Positions 25,669 to 35,688 of a stretch of DNA of 64,000 nt are shown piece by piece. The stretch comes from Bacteroidia bacterium. Lineage in GTDB: Bacteria; Bacteroidota; Bacteroidia; Bacteroidales; JAPLDU01. Positions within the stretch are counted from its first letter, which is position 1; each line of letters starts with the position of its first letter. The position numbers were made by a program, and so were the translations under genes. Below the pieces are notes generated by a model. That model saw only the letters and a program-made list of their open reading frames with translations, did not search any database and was not told the origin of the DNA. The DNA lies in contig JAPLDU010000096.1 in assembly GCA_026391255.1 (NCBI GenBank), forward strand, positions 3,777 through 67,776. The letters are read 5' to 3'.

Positions 25669-26162
25669 TGCCGGGTATTTAATATCTTCTGAATAACCGA
25701 TGAGGTTGAATAGCCTTCGGCAAAATCAATGGTTTCAATTTTACCGCCGCTGGAAGTTACAATATCATAACCAACAATATTTTCGGGATGATAATCACTT
25801 CCTTTCACCAAAAAATCCGGTTTTATAGTTGCAATCAGTTCATACGGGGTTTCTTCGTTAAACAGTACCACTGCATCCGTGAAATGAAATGCCGCCAGGC
25901 AATATGCCCTGGTTCTTTCATCCTGTACCGGTCGCGAATCTCCTTTGATCTTTCTCACTGAAGCATCAGTATTCAGTCCGATAATCAAAATATTGCCCAA
26001 TTGTGAGGCTTTTGTAAGATATTCAACATGGCCATAATGAAGAATATCAAAACAACCGTTGGTAAAAACCAGCTTATGCCCTTTAAATCGCCATATTTTT
26101 ACCATATGGCGGAGTTCTTCAAAGGTCATTATCTTTTTACTTAAGAAATTGATCTTATCCAT
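25665..26162 (-). CDS. rfaE: D-glycero-beta-D-manno-heptose 1-phosphate adenylyltransferase-like cytidylyltransferase (RfaE domain II type)
   Basis: It has the FTNGCFDILHYGHVEYL (HxGH) nucleotidyltransferase motif and is 165 aa long. Confidence 0.8.
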   Translation of the reverse strand: MDKINFLSKKIMTFEELRHMVKIWRFKGHKLVFTNGCFDILHYGHVEYLTKASQLGNILIIGLNTDASVRKIKGDSRPVQDERTRAYCLAAFHFTDAVVLFNEETPYELIATIKPDFLVKGSDYHPENIVGYDIVTSSGGKIETIDFAEGYSTSSVIQKILNTRQ

Positions 26163-26176
26163 TTATTATCAAATTA

Positions 26177-27055
26177 TTAAACAATTTTTCTGCGTCGGTT
26201 CAAAAACAACATCAATAAGGAATATCCGGCCAGCAGGAATATCAGAATAGCCTGAGATTCATGGGCAATGGTCGCATAAACCAGTCCCTGCTCCCTGGGA
26301 ATACCATACAATGTCAGTCCAAGAGAAATGATACCGTGGAATGCTCCAAAGCCATTCTGAACGGGGGCTGACATGCCTATTCCCCCGATTACAAGCAGGA
26401 ACAACCCGTCAATCAGCGATAGCCCTGAAGTAGCCGGAATGGCAAAAACCACAACATATGTCATCATAGTATACATCGTCCAGATAAACAAGGTATGCAA
26501 AAGAAACTGCCATCGTTTTTGCATATGAATGATGGTAGAAAGCCCGGCATAGATACCCCTGATCAATTTTTTAGTTTTTCTCACGATAAAGATCTCATTG
26601 ATCTTCCGGCGGAATACAAAATATAAAATAATTATACCCAGTACAAAGACACCGGCGAAAATATAGTAGAACACTGAAATTTGCAGGCTTGCATGAACTT
26701 TCCCGAAAAGTGGAATAAATAGCTTGTCGATGAAGAACTGGCCGAAGAATTTGATTTTGGCAATAAAAACCACAAAAAGTAGAATGACCAGGGTAATTAC
26801 ATCAATCACTCTTTCAGCAATCACGGTTCCTATCAAAGCATCAACAGGTATTTTTTCGGATTTTGAAAGAGTGGCACAGCGGGTGATCTCCCCGAGTCTT
26901 GGCAGGGCAAAATTTGCAAGATAACCAGTCATTACGGCATAGAAACTGTTGCTTACCTTAGGTTTATGTCCGAGGGGTTCTATGAGCAGGTTCCACCTGA
27001 TGGACCGGCTGATAAATCCCGCGACAGAAAAAACTAGTGATAATAAAATACCCAT
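26177..27055 (-). CDS. UPF0104 / lysylphosphatidylglycerol-synthase-TM-region (flippase-like) membrane protein, apparently frameshifted at its 5' end
   Basis: It is a multi-TM protein with the SIRWNLLIEPLG motif. The expected first TM helix and linker (LKKIIIKAINYLVFLALAIVLLYFAFKGINYHLLLHDLRNARYSW) are encoded at 27052-27186 in another frame. Confidence 0.65.
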   Translation of the reverse strand: MGILLSLVFSVAGFISRSIRWNLLIEPLGHKPKVSNSFYAVMTGYLANFALPRLGEITRCATLSKSEKIPVDALIGTVIAERVIDVITLVILLFVVFIAKIKFFGQFFIDKLFIPLFGKVHASLQISVFYYIFAGVFVLGIIILYFVFRRKINEIFIVRKTKKLIRGIYAGLSTIIHMQKRWQFLLHTLFIWTMYTMMTYVVVFAIPATSGLSLIDGLFLLVIGGIGMSAPVQNGFGAFHGIISLGLTLYGIPREQGLVYATIAHESQAILIFLLAGYSLLMLFLNRRRKIV

Positions 27056-27191
27056 GAATATCTGGCATTTCTCAGATCATGCAAGAGAAGATGGTAGTTT
27101 ATTCCTTTAAATGCAAAATATAGCAGGACTATGGCTAAGGCAAGGAAAACGAGATAGTTAATCGCTTTTATAATAATCTTCTTCAAGGCGA

Positions 27192-27545
27192 TCAGTCAAT
27201 TATCCGGTTTGAGGCTGTATCCGGGAAAATCATATACGGCTTGAATTTCTTTGCTTCTTCGAAATCCATGGTGGCATAGGAAATAATGATAATCACATCA
27301 CCAACGGATGCCTTACGTGCAGCGGGCCCATTCAGGCAAATCATCCCGCTGTTACGCTCTCCCTTGATCACGTAAGTTTCAATACGCTCGCCATTATTGA
27401 TGTTAACAATCTGGACCTTTTCGTTCTCAATCAGATTAACGGCTTCCATCAATGCTTCGTCAATAGTAATACTGCCTACATACTGAAGATTAGCCTCGGT
27501 GACTGTTACTTTATGAATTTTCGATTTTACAACCTCAATGAACAT
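27192..27545 (-). CDS. panD: aspartate 1-decarboxylase
   Basis: [27 protein letters not shown] carries the self-processing Gly-Ser site. It is 117 aa long. Confidence 0.92.
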   Translation of the reverse strand: MFIEVVKSKIHKVTVTEANLQYVGSITIDEALMEAVNLIENEKVQIVNINNGERIETYVIKGERNSGMICLNGPAARKASVGDVIIIISYATMDFEEAKKFKPYMIFPDTASNRIID

Positions 27546-27557
27546 ATCGCGGCAAAA

Positions 27558-28406
27558 TTATAAATAAAATCGGATATTATCTATAAGTCTCACAAACCCC
27601 GCGTATACGGCAATGCAGCCCACCAATGCCCTGGAGGAATTCCATTGCGTGGCAATGGTCAGCTCATCAGGGTCGACAATTTCAAAATATTCAAATTTAA
27701 GACAGGGATACAAACTGATGAAATCAATAAGTGAAGTTTTTACCTCTCCAATTGTTGCTCCTTCTTTTGCCTTTGATACTGCTTTCGTTAATGCCTGAAA
27801 AATATGCGGAACATTCCTGCGTTCCTCTTTACCGAGAAGTAAATTACGGGAACTCATGGCAAGACCATCATCTTCACGTATTATCGGACAGCCGGTTATT
27901 TTAATATTGTAATTAAATTGCTTTGCCAGTTTTTTTATGATCACAAGCTGCTGATAATCTTTTTCGCCGAAATATGCATTGTCAGGATTGATGATATCGA
28001 AAAAGCGGCTTACAACTTGTGCCACACCATTAAAATGATTCGGACGGAACCTGCCTTCCATCACTTTATCAAGCATGCCAAACTCAAATATTCTGGTATC
28101 CGGTTCAGGATATACCTCTTTTTCGTCCGGTGCAAAAAGTATATCACACCCCGCTTTCTCAAGCAAAGCAATATCTTCATTCATCATCCGCGGATAATTC
28201 CGCAGATCTTCAGGATTATTAAACTGATTTGGATTAACAAAAATACTTGCAATGGTTACCTTATTTTCCTTACAGCTCCTTTCAACCAGCGAAATATGAC
28301 CCTTGTGCAGAGCGCCCATCGTTGGTACAAAACCAACAGATTTACCTGCATTTTTCAGGTTTGTTATTTCTCTGCGGATCTCTTCTCTGGTTTTATATGT
28401 TTTCAT
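27558..28406 (-). CDS. panC: pantoate--beta-alanine ligase
   Basis: GFVPTMGALHKGHISLV carries the HIGH-type motif. The start is taken at MKTYKT, and the listed ORF extends 4 codons further upstream. Confidence 0.92.
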   Translation of the reverse strand: MKTYKTREEIRREITNLKNAGKSVGFVPTMGALHKGHISLVERSCKENKVTIASIFVNPNQFNNPEDLRNYPRMMNEDIALLEKAGCDILFAPDEKEVYPEPDTRIFEFGMLDKVMEGRFRPNHFNGVAQVVSRFFDIINPDNAYFGEKDYQQLVIIKKLAKQFNYNIKITGCPIIREDDGLAMSSRNLLLGKEERRNVPHIFQALTKAVSKAKEGATIGEVKTSLIDFISLYPCLKFEYFEIVDPDELTIATQWNSSRALVGCIAVYAGFVRLIDNIRFYL

Positions 28407-28507
28407 TCGACAAGTCAATTACTGATGATTAATTAAGAAGCTGTTTTGAATTTTATTAAGTATTTGATTATTAACGTATAATTTTATTTTATATACCCTC
28501 CCCATTG

Positions 28508-28599
28508 TCCCCTCCCTGCTGACAGGGAGGGGATTGTCCGCTATGTAATATGTACTAAATTAGCAGAACTCAGTTCCCCTCCTTGCTCGCAGGGAGGGG
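28508..28599. repeat. pair of GC-rich hairpins (CCCCTCCCTG-ctga-CAGGGAGGGG and CCCCTCCTTG-ctcg-CAGGGAGGGG)
   Basis: The two palindromes (28508-28533 and 28576-28599) were read directly. The second is the start of an 80-nt module that recurs at 52888-52970. Confidence 0.8.
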
Positions 28600-28677
28600 C
28601 TAGGGGTGGGTAAAAAGTACAATATGGCAAAATTTTAAGATATTAATAAATTAAAACAACTAAGAGTTTAATGGATT

Positions 28678-30336
28678 TTAATTTTTCAGCAAGTCTCTTG
28701 CATTTAAAAATGCTGCTTCAGTCAATTCATTGCCGCTCAGCATTTTTGCAATTTCCACCAATTTTTCTTCTTCAGATAATAATTTAATATTGGTATTAGT
28801 TGAAACCGCATCTTCCGATTTATATACCAGGAAATGATCATTTCCTTTCACTGCTATTTGTGGCAGATGGGTAATATTTATCACCTGGATACCGGCTGAC
28901 ATATCTTTCAGGATATTTCCCACCTTATCAGCAATTTCTCCTGATACACCAGTGTCTATTTCATCAAAAATAATGGTCGGCATATCCTGTGCGCTGGATA
29001 ACAGAGATTTAATGCTTAGCATAATTCTTGAGAACTCGCCACCGGAAGCCACTTTTGAAATCTCCTGCATCTCAACATTGCGGTTGGTCGAAAGTAAAAA
29101 ACGCACGTTATCAATACCACGTATGTTAAGTTCGTTTACTTGTTCTGAAAGTATTTTAAACTGGATGGCAGGAATTCCCATTTGTGACAGCAACTCTTTA
29201 ATTCGTTTTTCGATGCCGGGTACCACCTTTTTCCTGTTCTCCGAAATTCTAACAGCCAGTTTGTGCAGTTCTTCTTTCATTTTCACAACACCGGCATTTA
29301 ATTCTGTAATTTCAATGTCGTAATTTGCAATATGTTTAATTTGCTTTTCCAGTTCATCACGTATTCTCATTAATTCACCGGGGTTTTCTGCCCGGTGCTT
29401 TTGCTCCAGCTGATAAATCTGGTTTAGGCGGGTATTAATTTGATCTATCCTTTCGGAACTGTATTCCACTGATTCATTCAGTATCCCGGCTTCGGATGCG
29501 ATATCTTTTAATTCAATATTCACCGACTCAAGTCTTTGCGCCAGGGTTTCTGCATTTGTGATGAATGATCCTACCTGGGAGAGCGAAAGCATGATGTTTC
29601 TCAGTTTAGAAATGACCGGGTCGTCCTCACCATTCAGCGTTTTAACAGTTCTGTCAAGAGCAAGTTTGATCTCTTCGCAATGTGTCAATGTTTCGAGTTC
29701 TGATTCAAGCGATTTTTGTTCATTTTCATCATAAAGTCTGGCCTCGTTCAACTGGTCGAACTGAAACTGATAATAATCAAGATCAGCTTTTGCTTTGACT
29801 GAATGTGCAAGTAATTCTGCCAATTTTCCGGTTAATTTCCGGTGATCCTGAAATTTCGAAGTATATTTCTCCAGTAATTCCTGGTGCCCTGCCACTGTAT
29901 CGACAACTTTCAGCTGGAAAAGGTTATCAGAAAGAAGCAATGTTTCGTGTTGGGAATGAATATCAATCAGTTTTGAACCAATACTTTTAATAAGTGCCAG
30001 GTTAACAGGTGTGTCGTTAATGAATGCCCGTGATTTTCCTTCGGGTAGTATTTCACGTCTGATAATTGTTATATCGCTGTAATCAAGTTCGTTATCTTCA
30101 AAGAAAGATTCAAAATGGTAATTGCTGATATCGAATATACCTTCGACAATGCATTTTTTTGATTTGTCTTTCAGGATATTGGACTCGACTCTCTGTCCCA
30201 GGATCAGGGATAAAGCGCCAAGAAGGATTGATTTCCCGGCGCCGGTCTCACCGGTGATAATAGAAAAACCTCTCCCGAAGTTAATTTCAAGTGATTGGAT
30301 CAGAACATAATTTTCTATGGTAAGGGTTTTTAACAT
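28678..30336 (-). CDS. recN: DNA repair protein RecN
   Basis: It has Walker A (ITGETGAGKSILLGAL), a long coiled coil, the signature ASGGEFSRIMLSIK and Walker B (IIFDEIDTGVSG). Confidence 0.92.
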   Translation of the reverse strand: MLKTLTIENYVLIQSLEINFGRGFSIITGETGAGKSILLGALSLILGQRVESNILKDKSKKCIVEGIFDISNYHFESFFEDNELDYSDITIIRREILPEGKSRAFINDTPVNLALIKSIGSKLIDIHSQHETLLLSDNLFQLKVVDTVAGHQELLEKYTSKFQDHRKLTGKLAELLAHSVKAKADLDYYQFQFDQLNEARLYDENEQKSLESELETLTHCEEIKLALDRTVKTLNGEDDPVISKLRNIMLSLSQVGSFITNAETLAQRLESVNIELKDIASEAGILNESVEYSSERIDQINTRLNQIYQLEQKHRAENPGELMRIRDELEKQIKHIANYDIEITELNAGVVKMKEELHKLAVRISENRKKVVPGIEKRIKELLSQMGIPAIQFKILSEQVNELNIRGIDNVRFLLSTNRNVEMQEISKVASGGEFSRIMLSIKSLLSSAQDMPTIIFDEIDTGVSGEIADKVGNILKDMSAGIQVINITHLPQIAVKGNDHFLVYKSEDAVSTNTNIKLLSEEEKLVEIAKMLSGNELTEAAFLNARDLLKN

Positions 30337-30441
30337 CCGGCGAAGTGTTGTTTACCTGCACATGATAAAAATAACCTGTGATTTTGCGGTAAAATTACAG
30401 TTTCCTGATCAAAATTTAAAAAGTTAAAGGAACAGTATCTG

Positions 30442-31488
30442 TCAATATTTGATACCGCCGGGTTGGTTGACCCCTGAACCCTGACTTCCCTGCTGGCCTG
30501 GCATTGAACCAGACATTGAACCCGGCATTGAACCTGGCATTGAACCTGTCTGAGTACTGGTGTTGCCAACAGTGTTAGTGGTTTTTATTTTATTATATTT
30601 TGCAGAATTAGAAGGATCAATTTCATTAAGTATCAGAACGACCCTGTCCTGCTCGTCGGTAAATGATTCGGTGAATATATTAACCAGTTCGTCTGCCTTG
30701 GCATCAAAGAAAAGTTGCATCAGAAACGACCCCGGTTTATCACGGTGCACGGATTGTAGCAATTCCAGACCTGAGGCTATCTGGGCACGTCCTTCGCTCA
30801 CTTTGTCTGACATAACATCAAGCCCCAAACGATGGTACATATAATAACACTGTCTTATACCGCTATAACGGTCATTTAAAAGATTCTCCGTTAACCAGTA
30901 CCTGTTTTTAAGGCTTTCAAAAGCCTTCCAGCCCTTTTCCTGTGCATTCTGGTTGCGTGTCACTATTGACTCGGCTTTCTGAAACCATGGTGACCCACCT
31001 TCGGAGCTAAAGGAGTCATAATCAAGTCCAATAATAATATAGGCATAATAGGCCATGAGACTTACCAGTGAAGAGTTTGAGGAAATTTCGTTATATTGAA
31101 TAGGTTCAAATTCCACATACTTAAACTGAATATTATTATCCTGGTAATTCAGGAGCACAGAATTGTAAGAGCTGTTGAACACAGGTCTGCGTGCCTGCAC
31201 CTGCATGGTTCCTTTAAATTCATCAACAGAAAGTTCTTCAGTAATGTTAATATTTATATTACAGTCAATTCTTTCCTCATTGCTGAAGATGTTATCAGTC
31301 CATTTATGATTGTTCATGAATTCAAATAACTCATTCTGCAAGGTACGGAATACCTGTTTATTAGTACCCTGAATCTGCTGTGACATCACCTGTAATTTAC
31401 AGTCGAGTTCCTGTGAAAATACGGAATGACCCAGCATTATGGCGGTGATCAGAATGGCTATTTTTTTCATTTCACAAAATTTATTCAT
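30442..31488 (-). CDS. DUF4835-family secreted protein with a C-terminal (SMPG)4 repeat
   Basis: It has a signal peptide (MKKIAILITAIMLGHSVFSQ). The conserved coaBC-DUF4835-recN synteny of Bacteroidota is present. The C-terminus reads GSMPGSMPGSMSGSMPG. Confidence 0.7.
   Translation of the reverse strand: MNKFCEMKKIAILITAIMLGHSVFSQELDCKLQVMSQQIQGTNKQVFRTLQNELFEFMNNHKWTDNIFSNEERIDCNININITEELSVDEFKGTMQVQARRPVFNSSYNSVLLNYQDNNIQFKYVEFEPIQYNEISSNSSLVSLMAYYAYIIIGLDYDSFSSEGGSPWFQKAESIVTRNQNAQEKGWKAFESLKNRYWLTENLLNDRYSGIRQCYYMYHRLGLDVMSDKVSEGRAQIASGLELLQSVHRDKPGSFLMQLFFDAKADELVNIFTESFTDEQDRVVLILNEIDPSNSAKYNKIKTTNTVGNTSTQTGSMPGSMPGSMSGSMPGQQGSQGSGVNQPGGIKY
30497..30544. repeat. 12-nt tandem repeat x4 (ccNgNcattgaa) inside the DUF4835 gene
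   Basis: cctggcattgaa ccagacattgaa cccggcattgaa cctggcattgaa encodes SMPG x4 on the minus strand. Confidence 0.85.
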
Positions 31489-32696
31489 GAATGATCAGTT
31501 GAATACATAGAAAATATTTTTTCAACAATGTCTTTTGCAACATCCTTCTTTGATTTCAACTCATATTGATCAATTTTATTGTATTTGTCAATCATCGTGA
31601 CCTTGTTTGTATCAGTTATAAATCCGGCGCCGCTATCGTTCAGTGAATTAAGAACAATAAGATCCAGATTTTTTTCAGCCAGTTTCTTCTGTGCATTGAC
31701 GATCCCGTTGTCCGATTCAAGAGCAAAACCTGCCAGTATCTGACTCTCTGTTTTTATCTTACCCAGTTCAGCGGCAATATCCCTGGTTGGAATCAGTAAT
31801 AAATTAAGTGAATCCTGTTTACTTTTCAGCTTGGTTAAGGAAAGGGAAGCTGGTGAATAATCGCTTACCGCAGCTGCTAAAACTGCGATGTCGCATGTTG
31901 AGAAATGTTCAGCAGCAGCCAGATACATCTGAGCAGCAGATTCAAGCCTGATAAGATTTACTCCCGGGTGATCAATCTGCAATGCTGTGGGCCCACTTAT
32001 CAGAGTAACCTCAGCACCCTGTTCTGCAAATTCCAGAGCAAGGGTGTAACCCATTTTCCCACTCGAAAAATTCCCGATAAACCTCACAGGATCAATCATT
32101 TCATAAGTTGGTCCAGCGGTGATCAGAATCTTTTTGCCCTGAAACCTGGAAAACTTCCTGAAGAATTCTGTCAGTTCTGTAATTATAAACTCAGGTTCCT
32201 GCATCCTGCCCTTTCCGCTCAGTCCGCTGGCGAGTTCACCGATGGATGGTTCAATGAAATTATGGTTGTAGGATTTAAGAATTTTTATGTTTCCCTGCGT
32301 GGCAGGGTGGTTCAGCATGTCCATATCCATGGCCGGTGCAATGACTACAGGGCATCTGGATGATAAATAAGTGGTAAGGAGCAGGTTGTCGCAAATACCA
32401 TGAGCCATTTTAGCCAATGTATTTGCTGTTGCCGGTGCAATCAGCATCAGGTCTGCCCATATGCCAAGATCAACATGACTATTCCAGTCGCCGTCTTCAA
32501 CCCTGAAAAAATCCGTCAATACCGGATTACCTGAAAGAGTGGCCAAGGTCACGGGGGAAATGAATTCACGCGCGTAGGGCGTCATTATCACTTTGACGAT
32601 GGCTCCTTCTTTAACCAGCAATCTGACAAGAATAGCCGCCTTGTAAGCGGCTATGCTGCCGGTTATTCCAAGAATTAATTTCTTGTCTTTCAGCAC
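31485..32696 (-). CDS. coaBC: bifunctional phosphopantothenoylcysteine decarboxylase / phosphopantothenate--cysteine ligase
   Basis: The flavoprotein N-terminus is LGITGSIAAYKA. The ligase half contains ITAGPTYEMIDPVRFIGNFSSGKMG. It is 403 aa long. Confidence 0.92.
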   Translation of the reverse strand: MLKDKKLILGITGSIAAYKAAILVRLLVKEGAIVKVIMTPYAREFISPVTLATLSGNPVLTDFFRVEDGDWNSHVDLGIWADLMLIAPATANTLAKMAHGICDNLLLTTYLSSRCPVVIAPAMDMDMLNHPATQGNIKILKSYNHNFIEPSIGELASGLSGKGRMQEPEFIITELTEFFRKFSRFQGKKILITAGPTYEMIDPVRFIGNFSSGKMGYTLALEFAEQGAEVTLISGPTALQIDHPGVNLIRLESAAQMYLAAAEHFSTCDIAVLAAAVSDYSPASLSLTKLKSKQDSLNLLLIPTRDIAAELGKIKTESQILAGFALESDNGIVNAQKKLAEKNLDLIVLNSLNDSGAGFITDTNKVTMIDKYNKIDQYELKSKKDVAKDIVEKIFSMYSTDHS

Positions 32697-32716
32697 AGCA
32701 AGTGAAATTTGCCTTA

Positions 32717-33049
32717 CTAGGGTGTCTTTGTCTCAGCCTTCCCGGGATTCCTGTAATAAATCTGGTGTTCCAGAAACTCCTGGGTAGCTATCAGTGAAGG
32801 TTTGGGAAGTTTTTCATAATAACGGGATATCTCGATTTGTTCCCTGTTCTCAAAAACTTCCTCCAGATTGTCGGAATAAGAAGCAAATTCTTCCAGTTTG
32901 GAATTCAGTTCTTCTTTCATTTCTGAAGCGATCTGGTTTGCCCTTTTCGATAAAATAGCCACACTTTCATATACATTACCTGTCTCACGGTCCATTTTTT
33001 CAAGATCACGTGTGATGGTAGTTGTAGAAGCCTGTTTTTTATGCTCCAT
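32717..33049 (-). CDS. rpoZ: DNA-directed RNA polymerase subunit omega (long Bacteroidota form)
   Basis: It has the NVYESVAILSKRANQIA core, is 110 aa long, and sits in the conserved position between bamD and coaBC. Confidence 0.6.
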   Translation of the reverse strand: MEHKKQASTTTITRDLEKMDRETGNVYESVAILSKRANQIASEMKEELNSKLEEFASYSDNLEEVFENREQIEISRYYEKLPKPSLIATQEFLEHQIYYRNPGKAETKTP

Positions 33050-33070
33050 GAGAATATATTATTTAATTAA

Positions 33071-33874
33071 CTAATTATTAACTAATTGAATTTTTGTGTT
33101 ATTGTAAATCTTATCTGCTTCACTTATCCTGCTGCTACCCGGAAACTCACTTTTAAAAGCATTATAATTATCGACCGTATCCTGCAGGCGCTCATTCTTT
33201 TTTTCTGTGATACTGTTTGCAGCAAGCAGGTAACTTGCCTGAAGTATCATGAACATGATTTGTTCGCGATATGACGAATCCGGGAAATCTTTCAGAGTAT
33301 TTTTAAAAGAAATGATTGCTGCCTTATATTCACCTATGTCAAAATACAATTTTGCATTGGAATATGATTTTGTTTCTAATTTATACCTGAGCTCGTCAAT
33401 CAGTTTGTTGGCTTCCACCAGTCTTTCACTCTGTGAATGATGATTAATAAACAATTGCAGTTGCTGTATGGCTTTTACGGTATTTGCCTGGTCAAGGCTG
33501 AAATCCGGTGATTCAAGAAAAAAACAATATGCTCCCATGTATTCAGCCTCTTCGCTGTGTAAACTCTGGGGATACATTTTGGCAAAATCCTGAAAATAAT
33601 AGCCTGCCATAATGTAATCGTCCTCGTAATAATAACAGTAGGAATAAAGAAAATAGATCTCCTCCGCTTTTGAAGTGCCCTTATATATTGTCAGCAGTTC
33701 TTCAAGCAACGATAAGGAACGGGGATAATCCTTCTTATCGTAATAGTATTTGGCCCTTTCATATTTTTTTTCATAATCGGTACTTTTCAGCAGTTTCTGG
33801 TAATCACTGCACGAAGACATCAGGATAAGAAAACCGAGCAAAGAGAAAATATAAAAACGGCACTTAAAATTCAT
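33071..33874 (-). CDS. bamD: outer membrane protein assembly factor BamD (TPR lipoprotein)
   Basis: It has a lipoprotein signal (LILMSSCS), TPR-like repeats and conserved synteny. Confidence 0.75.
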   Translation of the reverse strand: MNFKCRFYIFSLLGFLILMSSCSDYQKLLKSTDYEKKYERAKYYYDKKDYPRSLSLLEELLTIYKGTSKAEEIYFLYSYCYYYEDDYIMAGYYFQDFAKMYPQSLHSEEAEYMGAYCFFLESPDFSLDQANTVKAIQQLQLFINHHSQSERLVEANKLIDELRYKLETKSYSNAKLYFDIGEYKAAIISFKNTLKDFPDSSYREQIMFMILQASYLLAANSITEKKNERLQDTVDNYNAFKSEFPGSSRISEADKIYNNTKIQLVNN

Positions 33875-33959
33875 GCTGCAAAGTTATTAATAATTATAGA
33901 TGTATTACAAAAAGATGATATACAGAAAAATGCATCGCTGAAGGCACAAGATATAATGA

Positions 33960-35663
33960 TTATTTGGAATCATCGTCCAATTCACGATCATCAATTTTCT
34001 TGCTGGTATCAGTCAGTAAAGACCTGTATTCTGAAGGGTTTTTAAGAATTTCAGTTGCCCTGATCACTTCAGGGTCAGTAAGGAAAGAATATTCAATAGC
34101 TCCTTTCTGGTAATAATACCGGCTGACTATTTCCTCAGAGATCAGGTCTTTTATTTCTTCTTTAAAAGTAATCAGATCTTTCTGTTTATCATGGGCAATT
34201 TTTTTATGCAAAGCCTCAAATTCAGGTTTGGCGCTTTCATAGTATTTTTCCTTTTTGCTTATTTCTTCCAGTTTGGAGTACACTTCGTCGCTTTTTGATT
34301 CATAATCAAACTCTTTACCCGAAAGGAATTGGATAAAGTCCTGATAATCGGCATCTGCCAGTACAAATTCTTTTGGAGGTGCAATGGAAGCATGCTTCAA
34401 ACAATAGTCAGTCACATAGTCGAATATCATTGATTTAGTAATTAGGCTGACGGCAATATTGCTCAGTTTGGAAGGGGTCACCTTCACATCGGGTGAAATA
34501 CCACCGCCATCAAATACTTTTCTTCCTGCTTTTGTTTTGAACTGTGTAATAAGACTGTCGGGTACTTTACCTACACTGCCATCATCACGCCTGTGCGTAT
34601 AATCAAGCGCCTGTATACATCTGCCACTGGGAACATAATATTTGGCGGTGGTAATCTTAAGCTTGGCATTATAGCTCAGGTCACGGGTTGCCTGTACAAG
34701 TCCTTTACCAAACGTTCGCTGACCTACAATAATTCCCCTGTCGAGATCCTGTATCGCCCCGGAAACTATTTCGGAAGCCGATGCAGAGCCACTGTTTACA
34801 AGTATTGCAAGTGAAATAGCAGTATCAACAGGCATATTTACAGCGGTATAGGTTTTATCAAGGTCTTTTATCTTTCCTTTTGTACTGACCACTTCCTGTC
34901 CCTTACCAACAAAGAGGTTGACAATATTTACCGCTTCAAGAAGCAACCCTCCTGGATTACTTCTCAGGTCAAGAATGACCGATTTCAGTTCAGGGTTCTT
35001 TTTCAGTTCTACCAAGGCATCCTTGACATCCTGACCTGCTTTCTCAGTAAAGGAGGTAAGTTTGATATAACCGGTCTCATTATTAAGCATTTGGTAATGA
35101 GGAACGCTTTTGATCTTCACTTCTTCACGAGTAATCGACTTTGTAATGGTCTCCGATGTGCCCGGTCTTTTCATCAGAATATTTACAACTGTATTCGGTT
35201 GTCCTTTAAGTGCTTCGCTAACATCATCTATCTGTTTGTCTTTTACGGGTTTATTATTAACTTCGATGATAATATCACCGGCTTTCAATCCTGATTTCAT
35301 GGCTGGTGAATTTTCGTAGACCTCTTCAATGACTACCTGGCTTCCGATTTTCCTGATTACAGCACCCACACCACCATATTGGCCTGTAGTCATAAACCGG
35401 TAGTCTTCAATCTGTGATTCAGGTATATAATTTGTGTAAGGATCCAGTGACTTCAGCATGGCATCAATACCTGTTCTTATCAGTTTACCGGGATCAGTCT
35501 GGTCGACATAATAGATATTTGTCTCTTTGAAAAGAGAATAAAAAATATCGAGATTTTTGGCGATTTCAAAACTGTCATCACGAAAACTAAAGAAAAAAAC
35601 GGAAGCAATGAATACGATTGCCGAGATTATCAGAATTCTGAATTTTTTGAACCAGGTCTTCAT
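33960..35663 (-). CDS. ctp: S41-family carboxy-terminal processing peptidase with a PDZ domain
   Basis: The catalytic Ser region is NSGSASASEI and the Lys region is RTFGKGLVQ. The PDZ is GLKAGDIIIEVNNKPV. The start is taken at MKTWFKKFRILII (35663) so that it does not overlap yidD. Confidence 0.88.
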   Translation of the reverse strand: MKTWFKKFRILIISAIVFIASVFFFSFRDDSFEIAKNLDIFYSLFKETNIYYVDQTDPGKLIRTGIDAMLKSLDPYTNYIPESQIEDYRFMTTGQYGGVGAVIRKIGSQVVIEEVYENSPAMKSGLKAGDIIIEVNNKPVKDKQIDDVSEALKGQPNTVVNILMKRPGTSETITKSITREEVKIKSVPHYQMLNNETGYIKLTSFTEKAGQDVKDALVELKKNPELKSVILDLRSNPGGLLLEAVNIVNLFVGKGQEVVSTKGKIKDLDKTYTAVNMPVDTAISLAILVNSGSASASEIVSGAIQDLDRGIIVGQRTFGKGLVQATRDLSYNAKLKITTAKYYVPSGRCIQALDYTHRRDDGSVGKVPDSLITQFKTKAGRKVFDGGGISPDVKVTPSKLSNIAVSLITKSMIFDYVTDYCLKHASIAPPKEFVLADADYQDFIQFLSGKEFDYESKSDEVYSKLEEISKKEKYYESAKPEFEALHKKIAHDKQKDLITFKEEIKDLISEEIVSRYYYQKGAIEYSFLTDPEVIRATEILKNPSEYRSLLTDTSKKIDDRELDDDSK

Positions 35664-35688
35664 AATATTAATTAAGCGATAGATAAAT

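Noticed and set aside
27918-28436. A 172-aa plus-strand ORF overlaps panC.
   Set aside because: It is entirely antisense to a canonical panC, its composition is low-complexity (Ile/Phe/Lys-rich), and it has no motif.
30330-30569. An ORF encodes QVQCQVQCRVQCLVQCQ.
   Set aside because: It is an alternative-frame reading of the 12-nt tandem repeat in the DUF4835 gene and is not an independent gene.
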